The translations under genes were made by a program, and so were the position numbers. Source: an uncultured Nitrospinota bacterium (GTDB lineage: Bacteria; Tectomicrobia; Entotheonellia; J063; CAVPRW01). From it: a stretch of DNA of 64,000 nucleotides. Positions 20,837 to 29,924 of this stretch are shown piece by piece. The notes under the pieces were generated by a model, which ran no database searches, was not told the origin of the DNA, and saw only the letters and a program-made list of their open reading frames with translations. The number at the start of each line of letters is the position of its first letter. The stretch's first letter is position 1. The stretch spans positions 32,001 through 96,000 of the forward strand of contig CAVPRW010000003.1 in assembly GCA_963707985.1 (NCBI GenBank). The letters are read 5' to 3'.

Positions 20837-22293
20837 CTGGACTTTGGCCATTTTGAATAGGCAGGAGGGTGGGATGTCCTTTAAGATAGCTGAACTCTTC
20901 CAAAGCTCATGCGATCGAAGGAGGACCTGCCATGCCACCCCTGCCAGAAGCGATCATACGGATATTAGCACCGTTTGCGCCACTCTTTTCGCGCCGGGTG
21001 TGGTGCCATGCACAATCATTGCTCCTGGGAGCGATCTTGACTCCTGGTGCACGCACCGTGACAGCCGCCTTGCGGGTGATGGGGCTGGCCATGGAACATC
21101 GCTTCACGAACGATCATCGGGTGTTGAACCGGGCCACCTGGTCGGCCCTCCAGGCTAGTCGGATGCTGTTGGGGTGACTCGTCACGCGCTTGGTGCCTCC
21201 GGGAGCCCCTATTGTCCTGGGAGCCGATGATACGATCGAACGGCGTAGCGGACGGCAGATTACAGCCAAAGGCTGCTATCGCGATGCGGTGCGCTCCACG
21301 AAGAAGCACGTCATCCGCTGCTTTGGCTGGAAGTGGGTGGTGATGATGCTCTTGGTCCCGGTCCCCTGGGCACGACGGGTATGGGCCTTACCGTTTCTCA
21401 CCGCGCTGTGTCGGCCAGCCGAGCAGGTCAAGACGCGACAGCACAAGACCAGCGTGGATTGGGTCCGGCAGATGATGCAGCAAGTGCGCCGCTGGCTCCC
21501 CGGGCGGCCATTGGTGTTGGTCGTCGATGGCGGCTTTGCCGCCGTGTCGCTGGCGCTGGCCTGTGTGAAGAGCCAGGTGGCCATGGTCTCGCGCCTGCGC
21601 TGGGATGCCGCCCTGTATCACCCGCCTGGCCCGCAGCCCGTGGGCAAACGCGGCCCCAAACCGTTGAAGGGCAAGCGCCAACGCCGCTTGCACGCCTGGG
21701 CGGAACGCGCCGATACACCTTGGGAGACGGTGGAAGTGGACTGGTATGGCGGTCGCCGCAAGAAGCTGTGGGTCTTTTCCCACACGGCCCTGTGGCACAC
21801 CTGCGGCTTGCCCCCAGTCGACATCCGCTTTGTACTGGTGGGTGACCCCGAGGGAAAGCTGCGGATGGAAGCCTTCTTCTGGACCGACCTGCAGGCGACC
21901 CCGGTGCAAATCCTGGAGTGGGTGGTCATGCGCTGGTCGGTCGAGGTCACCTTTGAAGAGGGTCGAGCCCAACTCGGGCTGGAAACCCAACGCCAATGGT
22001 CGGACCAAGCCATTGCCCGGACCACCCCGGTCCTGTTGGGCCTGTTCTCGCTCGTCACCCTGTTGGCCCTGGAGTTGAGCCATGAGGGGCAGATCCCGGT
22101 GCCGATAACCGCTTGGTATCACAAGGCTGAGCCGACATTCTCGGATGGCCTGGGTCTGGTACGCCAACATCTCTGGCGTGCGCGGTATTTGGTGCACTCT
22201 ACTCCAGAGGCAGAGTGTATGCCATTTCCTCAAGAGGCTCTCGATCTCTTGATCCATGGCCTTTCGCTCGCAGCGTAATTGGCCAAAGCCGAG
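20837..22293 (+). mobile_element. IS701/IS4-like DDE insertion sequence; transposase 20932-22278 with internal stop at 21175
   Basis: IRs CTGGACTTTGGCCA and TGGCCAAAGCCGAG; DDTIERR, VVDGGFA and RWSVEVTFEE motifs. Confidence 0.85.
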
Positions 22294-22851
22294 TTGGATG
22301 CCCGTGCCGTATTTCAACAGTCTCCCCAAAAATGGGAAATAGTTCCCAATGATGGGGTCCATTATCAGGGAAGGCCGAATAGCTATGCAAGTGAAATCTC
22401 GCGTGAATCCAACGTGTTGATGGGACAAGGCTGGTGGCACTGCGCTTGCTCTATGGTGGGAGTACATCCTGGGATGTCATGGCAGCGGCCAAATCGGATA
22501 AAGGGATACTGCATATCGCTGGAAAGGAGATGAGAGGCGGTGGCCGGGATGCTGTACTGGATAGCCGTGCTCTCCGTGGTGGGGGGAGTCCTGGCCCTAC
22601 TGGAGCGCCACACGGCAACGGTGGGAAAGGTTTGGCGAGGCGTGAAGAAACGAAAGCGGCATAGAACAACCCAGGGGTATGCAAACTATGGCCAAGCCTA
22701 ACAAGAATCAATTCGCAGCTCCAGGGTTCCTGGGCCCTAAGGATGGCAGAGTCGTAGGAAAGGAGACACATATGTCGAATTGGATGAAGCATGTAGGTAG
22801 CTGTGTGTTGGTTTTCAGTGTACTCACTGTTGGGTTTGGAGGATTCCAGCC

Positions 22852-23403
22852 ATGACAGATGCTTATCACCGTATCATGAACCCCTTGTGGCCATTCATCG
22901 GTAAGATGTACCGTCACCCTATTCATACTGGTGTTGTAGTTGCCATGAGTGCGGGAGTTATCGTGGCCTTTTGGGTTATCTGCGCTTCAGCGGGAGTTGG
23001 GTTTGACGGTCAAGTTAATTTTGGCCAAGTTCCGGTGGGAGGTAGCAAAGTTGAACTAGTTAAGAAGATCTGCATCAAGGGTGTCCTCGGTCCCTACGAT
23101 ATGGACGTCGACGCTTGGCTCTTAGACCCTGCTACCCTCCGTGAGGATGACTCTCCTCCCTTCAGTTTTGACGGACCTCGCTCCTTCGACCTCAAGGTGT
23201 ACTGGCCCGGTCAACAGGAGTGTGCCCGAATCAAAGTGCTGTTTAGTCCGACGACAGATGGCTCTTTCGAGCGAATTGTCAAAATTCGGACGTTAGACAG
23301 TTTTGGATCCGGCCATACGCTCTATTACCAACTCCTCGGTACCGGGGAGTCCAGACTGGCGGTGATGCTCCCCGCGATCTTGTACCTCTTGCTCACGCCG
23401 TAA
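22852..23403 (+). CDS. Putative secreted Ig-like (ASH/choice-of-anchor D-like) protein with hydrophobic C-tail
   Basis: Hydrophobic N-region; VNFGQVPVGGS...PGQQEC.IKVLFSPTTDGSF; C-terminal VMLPAILYLLL. Confidence 0.6.
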   Translation: MTDAYHRIMNPLWPFIGKMYRHPIHTGVVVAMSAGVIVAFWVICASAGVGFDGQVNFGQVPVGGSKVELVKKICIKGVLGPYDMDVDAWLLDPATLREDDSPPFSFDGPRSFDLKVYWPGQQECARIKVLFSPTTDGSFERIVKIRTLDSFGSGHTLYYQLLGTGESRLAVMLPAILYLLLTP

Positions 23404-23422
23404 CCCCAGAGGGTCCATAGAT

Positions 23423-23826
23423 ATGAACATTGAGCGCTCCTATGTGGCGTGGATAGTCCGATTCATCCGTTTCCACGGCAGGCGGTCTCGCTAAGACCTC
23501 TTCGCCGCCGAACCCAAGATATCGAGTTGTTCCTGACCAACCTGTCGATGCATGGAGACGCCTCGACCGCAATCAGGCCATGAAGGCCCTGATATTCCTC
23601 AACAAACGTGTCTTGAACCACCCTCTGGACGGCCGTATTCATATCGTGCGTACCGACAAGAATATCATTATCCCCATGGTTCTGACCTGCGACAAATTCG
23701 CCGCTGTCGTCTCTCCGCTGGACGGAACCGCCTGCTGGTGGCCAAATGTCTCTACGGGAGCGACTCACGCATTATGGAAGCCGCCCGGATCCGGGTCAAG
23801 GACATCAATTGTCAGATGCAGCAGTC
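23423..23826 (+). pseudogene. intI: Integron integrase (IntI) N-terminal relic
   Basis: ERSYVAWIVRFIRFH, IELFLTNL, AMKALIFLNKRVL, PMVLT, LYGSDSRIMEAARIRVKDI across shifted frames; truncated at the IS66-like element. Confidence 0.8.
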
Positions 23827-23846
23827 GAAATTGCTCAAAATCCGGT

Positions 23847-25382
23847 TTAGCCTGGGGTGGCTTGGGCGTGGGCCAGCACGAGGCTATCCAAGGCTGGCAT
23901 CTGGTAGGCCTTGGAAATCCGGTCGCACAGGTAGCGGTAGAAGTTCACGCCGTTCTTGCGACAGGTATCCAACAGAGACAGGAACACCTCCCAGGCCTGG
24001 GTCCCCGCGGCCGTGCGGGTCCCATTGGAGATTTTGCGCTTGATCACATATTCGCGTAGCGCCCGTTCGGCCTCGTTATTCTCTAACGGCACCTCTGGAA
24101 AGTCCAGGACCAACAGCAACGCGGCCTTCTTCTGCCGGGTCCGGGCAATCCGTTGGTCGAGGGCCTCATACCCCGTCGTGCGCGAGAAGAGGGCGTCGAA
24201 CGCGGCTGACAAGTCCTGCTTCAGCGCTTCCGTGGGTGCCGCGGCGTAGGCTGTGAGGCGGTTATAGTAGTCCCAGATCTCGCTGCGAAAGTCGTCTACA
24301 AGCTTTTGATGGCTCGCGAAGAAGGGGTGCAGCTTTTTATAATGCCGTTCTTCATGCACCCAACACAGCCCCTGATAGTCGGTCTGGTGGCGGAACTGGG
24401 GCGCATCATCGCTGATGAGAATCGGCACATAGTCGCCTAAGGGCTTCGGCTCTGCGGCCAGCTCAGGACGTCGCTCTTGAGATGCCTGCACCTCCCCACC
24501 GGCCACCGCGGCTGTGGGACTGTCGCGCGGAGTGGGCTCTTCCAGCACGGCTACCAGACCGGCTACCGTCTCAGAGTTCTTGTGCCGATGGGTGAAAAAG
24601 CTCGAATAGTAAGGGTTACAGAGCGTCGAAAAGTAATGGTTCACGCCCGAGATGCGGGCTCCTGTATCGTCAATATGCTGGTAGGAGGTGGTTTGCAACC
24701 CGGCCTGCAGCACCGCCTTGCGCTCGTCGGCGAACAGGCCGAGATGTTTCTGAATCAAGATGTTGGAGATTTCGCCGGCGGAGATGACAATACCCTGCGC
24801 CTGCAACAAGTTCAGTATCTTCTCCTCCGGCACGCGCAACTCAAAGTAGAGCATCAGCACGAAGGCGTGTAACTCGCTGCCAAAGGATTGCCCCTGCAGC
24901 GCTTCAGGCAAAGAGGCTTCATACAGTTGGCCTGTACTTTTGGCGTAGAGACGTTCCAAGCGATAGCGCACGGTGTCGGTCTGAAAGAGGAGGTTTTGCA
25001 CCACGACATCCCGATAGCCACGGTGTTCGACATCCGCCGGCAGCCGGCTGCGGTCCAGCCGGATGACGGTCTGCCGGTCGATCTTGATGCGCTCTTTCCG
25101 GGGGGGCGCCGCGCCTGATGCGCCACCGGACCGGGAGCGGGACTCTTGCCGAGGCTGAGGAGGTGTCCCCTGCGTCGGGGAACCGTTGGCCGGGATCGTT
25201 GGCTTGCCCTTTTCGCCCTGCAGCCGCGCGATCTCGTCGCGTAAGCCTTGGTTCTGGGCCCGCAGTTCATCGAGCTCCGCCGTCAGGAGTTCGATGTGAT
25301 TGAGCAGCCGCTGCAGCACATCTCGCGTCGGCTGGTCGAGCTGCAGTTCGCTGAGGTCTATCCCTTGGAGTGGCTCGGTCAT
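23847..25382 (-). mobile_element. IS66-family (single-ORF) transposase, intact ORF
   Basis: N-terminal coiled coil, HIDDTG, LISDD, LCWVH, LENNEAERALR..V.KRKIS.GTRT; end motif GAAATTGCTCAAAA at 23827. Confidence 0.9.
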
Positions 25383-25631
25383 AGTGCTGGTACTATACCA
25401 CAAGAGTACACGGGGTGTAAGTCAGCGCGCGCGCAAGAGAATGGGGCGCACGCCCCTTGTTCATCCCTTTTCATGGGGGGGCACCACCAACACAGCAGTC
25501 GGCATCTTCCGGCCTAGTAATAACCAGTTGTTTAGTGTAGATAAGAGCTTTATAGAGGCAGGTATAGGAAGCTACAGAATTTCGTGATGTTGGCCTGTCC
25601 ATCGCACATCACCGAGACCCCCTCACCTGAT

Positions 25632-25790
25632 CTACGAGGGTTCAATTCCCAAATAGCCACAGTCGAGCTCAATCCATCTGAAATGATCCTGCCAACGCTG
25701 TATCCGGGGATGAAACAAGGGTGACAATGCGCTGGTAACTGGTTCCCGGGCGGTGGTGGCCGTCGCCTTGCTGGTGATGTCGTAATGGCT
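25632..25790 (-). pseudogene. HNH endonuclease C-terminal remnant
   Basis: TAREPVTSALSPLFHPRIQRWQDHFRW matches the typical LFHPR..W.DHF.W tail. Confidence 0.55.
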
Positions 25791-25883
25791 CATGATCTCC
25801 CTTTGCTCCACGAGGGTGTCATCTCTTATACTGATGCTCAGTCGAGGCAATCGCGAGGCGAAACGCAAGATGAGGGCATCCTG

Positions 25884-26943
25884 ATGAAATTCGGCGTCAT
25901 GTTCTTCTCTGCCGATAGCAACGTCGAGGCACCCCACAACCTGCTGCTGGAGGTCGCCAGGTTCGCCGATCGCCATGGCTTCACCTGCATTTGGACACCC
26001 GAACGGCACTTCAGCCCGTTCGGTGGACTTTTCCCCAACCCGTCCGTCCTCTCTGCCGCCCTCGCCATGATCACGAACCGCCTGCAATTGCGCTCCGGAA
26101 GCCTCATCTCGCCGCTGCATGACGCCATCCGCATTGCTGAGGAATGGTCCCTGGTCGACCAACTCTCCGCCGGTCGCGTCGCGATCTCCTTCGGCTCTGG
26201 CTGGAACGTCAACGATTTCGTCTTCTTTCCCGAGCGCTACGAGACGCGTCGGGAAATCATGTACGAACAGATCGACACCATCCGGGCCCTGTGGCGGGGC
26301 GAGCCCATGACGCCGAACGAACACCTTCGGCAAAGAGGTGCAACTCACCCTCTACCCGAAACCCGTCCAGAAACAGCTCCCCATCTGGATCACCTCCTCG
26401 GGCAACGTGGATACCTTTCGCTCGGCCGGGGCCTGGGATGCCAACGTCCTGACCCACATGATCACGCAGGATATCTACACCCTCAAGGACAAGATCAGCA
26501 TCTACCGCCGGGCCCGGGTCGCCAAGGGACTCGACCCGCTCAAGGGCATCGTCAGCCTCATGCTGCACACCTTCCTGGGCGAGGCGGTCGAAGATGTGAA
26601 AAAAATCGTGTATGATCCGTTTCGCGAGTACCTGCGCTCGGCCATCGACCTCGAGCAACTGGCCGCCCAAGGGGGTGGAGTCATCAGCGGTGGCTTGCAC
26701 CACACTGGAGAGACTCTTCCCCCGGCGAAGGTGGAAGAATTGCTCGACATCACCTTTGAACGCTATTGTGAGACCGCCGCGCTCATGGGTACCGTGGCCA
26801 GCACCGCGAAATTCATCCAGAAGCTCGAGGTCATCGGCGTGGATGAAATTGCCTGCCTGGTTGACTTCGGCGTTGCCAAAGAGCAGGTCCTGGCCAGCCT
26901 TGAGCACCTGGTCGCGCTCAAGGATAGGTTCGACATCGACTAA
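25884..26943 (+). CDS. Natural-product-type luciferase-like monooxygenase (MupA-like); +1 frameshift near 26312
   Basis: FADRHGF..IWTPERHF..FGGLFPNPSV, IRIAEEWSLVD.LS.GR, ANVLTH, GVDEIACLVDFG. Confidence 0.85.
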
Positions 26944-26974
26944 CACAGCCAGGACACCACCCGAGGAGAGCCTG

Positions 26975-29341
26975 ATGACCAAAGTCTACGTATTTCCCGG
27001 GCAAGGTTCACAGAGAAAGGGCATGGGCGCTCAGCTGTTCAATGCCTTTCCCGAATTGACCGCTCAGGCAGACACCATCCTGGGATACTCGATCAAGGAG
27101 TTGTGCCTCAACGGTCCCGACCAACAGCTTAGAGACACGCGCTATACGCAGCCTGCCCTGTTCGTGGTCAACGCCCTGACCTATCTCGACAAGCTCCGCC
27201 AAGACCCCGCCATGCCGGATTATGTGGCCGGGCACAGCCTGGGGGAATACAACGCGCTGTGTGCCGCCGGCGTGTTCGACTTTGCCACCGGGGTACAACT
27301 GGTCCGCAAGCGGGGCGAGCTCATGAGCCAGGCTCCCAGCGGCACCATGGCCGCAGTGTTGAATTGCCCTGAAGCCACCGTGCAGCGCATCCTACGGGAA
27401 CATCGGCTGGAACGTATTGATGTGGCCAACTTCAACACCCCCTCGCAACTCGTGCTCGCTGGTCTACGCGATGACATCCTCAAAGCCCAGCCACTTTTTG
27501 ACTTCGACGACGTCAAGTACATACCCCTCAACGTCGGCGCCGCCTTTCATTCCCGTTACATGCAAGCGGCCATGGAAGAGTTCGAGCGTTTCCTGCAAGA
27601 CGTCTCCTTCATGCCACCTAACATTCCGGTGATCTCCAACGTGCATGCTCGTCCCTACCGGCTCGAACAACTCAGAACCAATCTAGCCGAACAGATCTGC
27701 CGGCCTGTACGGTGGACCGAAAGCATTCGCTACCTCATGAGCCAGGGCGCGCCGACTTTCGAAGAATTAGGGCCCGGCAATGTGTTGACCAGGCTTATCG
27801 CCGACATTCAACGCACCGCACCCCCCCTAGTGGTGGAAGACGAGCCACACCCGGATGCAGCGCCGCGACCGCACAGTCGTCCTGTGACAGAGCCCCCAGC
27901 CCAGCCCGCCAAAGCTAGCAGCCCTGCCCCGGCGCCGTACCTGCCAAAGATCACGCCTGAGCGCCTGGGCTCTGAGGAGTTCAAGCGCGATTACGGATTG
28001 CGCTACGCTTATGCCTCCGGGGCCATGTACAAGGGCATCGCCTCCAAGGACATCGTCGTGCAGATGGGCAGAGCAGGATTTTTGAGCTTCTACGGCACCG
28101 GCGGCGTGCGCTTACCCGACATCGAGCAAACCATTCGCGCCATCCAACAAACGCTCAGCAACGGCGAGCCCTATGGCATGAACCTCCTGTGTAACCCCAT
28201 GCGACCCCAGACTGAAATGGACACCGTCGAGCTCTTTTTACGGTACGGCATTCGCAATGTCGAGGCCTCGGCCTACATGCAGATCACGCCGGCGCTGGTC
28301 AAGTTCCGCCTCAGCGGTCTGGACCGGGATGCGCGGGGCACGCTGACCATCACCAACCGGGTCCTGGCCAAGGTGTCCCGGCCGGAGGTCGCTCAACTGT
28401 TCCTGAGCCCCGCCCCGGAACGGATCGTCAAGCACCTCGTAGACCAGCACGAGATCACCGCCGAGCAGGCGGCATGGTCACCAGCAGTGCCTCTAGCCGA
28501 TGACCTCTGCGTCGAGGCGGACTCGGGCGGTCACACGGACATGGGTGTCGCCGCTGTCTTGATCCCCACCATCATCCGCTTGCGGGATCGCATGCAACAG
28601 CAGTATCAGTATGCCCGACAGGTGCGTGTGGGCGCCGCCGGGGGGATCGGTACTCCGGAAGCCGCAGCGTGCGCCTTTCTGCTCGGCGCCGACTTCGTCC
28701 TCACAGGCTCGATTAACCAGTGTACCGTGGAAGCGGGCATGAGCGATGTGGTCAAAGATATGCTGCAAGACATCAACGTTCAGGACACTGACTATGCACC
28801 GGCTGGCGACATGTTCGAGATTGGCGCCAAGATCCAGGTCATGAAACGAGGGGTATTTTTCCCAGCCCGGGCCAATAAGCTCTATAGTCTTTGGCGCGAA
28901 CACGACAGCCTGGCGTCCATCGATGCCCAGACAGCGAAGCATATCCAGGAGAAGTATTTCAGACGGAGCTTCGAGGAGGTCTACGCGGACACCAGAAACC
29001 ATTACCTGACGATGATGCCCGGAGAAATCGACAAGGCAGAACGCAACCCGAAGCATAAAATGGCCCTGGTCTTCCGTTCGTACTTCATCCAGACCATGAA
29101 TCTAGCCCTCGCCGGGAACGTGGACCGACGGGTCGATTTCCAGGTCCATTGCGGCCCATCCCTGGGCGCCTTTAACCAATGGGTGAAGGGCACGGAGCTG
29201 GAGGACTGGCGCCGACGTCATCCCGACCAGATTGGCGAAATGCTCATGCAAGAAACCGCGGACCATTTAAACCACCGCTTGCAGTCGTTTTACTCCCCCA
29301 ACCTCGGCGGCATGGATCATGGGTCACTCGCACGACCGTGA
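26975..29341 (+). CDS. Trans-AT malonyl acyltransferase-enoylreductase (FabD + PfaD-like) fusion
   Basis: FPGQGSQ, GHSLGEY, AAFHS (AT); GAMYKGIAS, EASAYM, EADSGGHTD, YAPAGDMFE (PfaD-type ER). Confidence 0.93.
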   Translation: MTKVYVFPGQGSQRKGMGAQLFNAFPELTAQADTILGYSIKELCLNGPDQQLRDTRYTQPALFVVNALTYLDKLRQDPAMPDYVAGHSLGEYNALCAAGVFDFATGVQLVRKRGELMSQAPSGTMAAVLNCPEATVQRILREHRLERIDVANFNTPSQLVLAGLRDDILKAQPLFDFDDVKYIPLNVGAAFHSRYMQAAMEEFERFLQDVSFMPPNIPVISNVHARPYRLEQLRTNLAEQICRPVRWTESIRYLMSQGAPTFEELGPGNVLTRLIADIQRTAPPLVVEDEPHPDAAPRPHSRPVTEPPAQPAKASSPAPAPYLPKITPERLGSEEFKRDYGLRYAYASGAMYKGIASKDIVVQMGRAGFLSFYGTGGVRLPDIEQTIRAIQQTLSNGEPYGMNLLCNPMRPQTEMDTVELFLRYGIRNVEASAYMQITPALVKFRLSGLDRDARGTLTITNRVLAKVSRPEVAQLFLSPAPERIVKHLVDQHEITAEQAAWSPAVPLADDLCVEADSGGHTDMGVAAVLIPTIIRLRDRMQQQYQYARQVRVGAAGGIGTPEAAACAFLLGADFVLTGSINQCTVEAGMSDVVKDMLQDINVQDTDYAPAGDMFEIGAKIQVMKRGVFFPARANKLYSLWREHDSLASIDAQTAKHIQEKYFRRSFEEVYADTRNHYLTMMPGEIDKAERNPKHKMALVFRSYFIQTMNLALAGNVDRRVDFQVHCGPSLGAFNQWVKGTELEDWRRRHPDQIGEMLMQETADHLNHRLQSFYSPNLGGMDHGSLARP

Positions 29342-29377
29342 ACAGCTCCACAGGGTAGCGACCCTGCAAAGGCCTCT

Positions 29378-29770
29378 ATGGGAACGGTGATCGACATCGG
29401 CATCGATCTCGAAGAGATCAGCCGGGTGGAGCGGGTCTTCTCCAGCCCCAGAGCCCTGGCTCGCGTCTTCACCGCCCACGAGATCGCCTACTGTCAACCG
29501 AAACGCCACCGCTTCCAACACCTGGCCGTGCGCTTCGCCGCTAAGGAGGCCGTGTTCAAGGCCCTCGGCACCGGCTTGAGCGGAGGCCTGCATTGGACAG
29601 ATGCGGAAGTGCGGAACGAGCCCTCAGGCAAGCCCTACCTCCTCTTGTCGGGTCCCGCCAAGGCGCTGGCCGATCGACTCGGGGTCCATACCATCCTGGT
29701 ATCGCTGTCGCACAGCCGCCAATATGCCATCGCGCAAGTCATGTTGCTGGGGCCCTGCACTCTCGAATGA
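29378..29770 (+). CDS. acpS: Holo-ACP synthase (AcpS-type PPTase)
   Basis: IGIDLEE, RFAAKEAVFKALGTG, VSLSHS. Confidence 0.93.
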   Translation: MGTVIDIGIDLEEISRVERVFSSPRALARVFTAHEIAYCQPKRHRFQHLAVRFAAKEAVFKALGTGLSGGLHWTDAEVRNEPSGKPYLLLSGPAKALADRLGVHTILVSLSHSRQYAIAQVMLLGPCTLE

Positions 29771-29924
29771 CTTGACGCCGTTGGATAAGCGGTTCATGTC
29801 CGGATCAGTGGGTAAGGAAGGTTTTTGTGGAGAAAACCCTTGAACTTCGGGCGGAGTTGCCACACCATATTAGTCTAATGGGCACCCGACCGAAGCATCT
29901 ATCTCAATCGATCAGGAGGTTACA

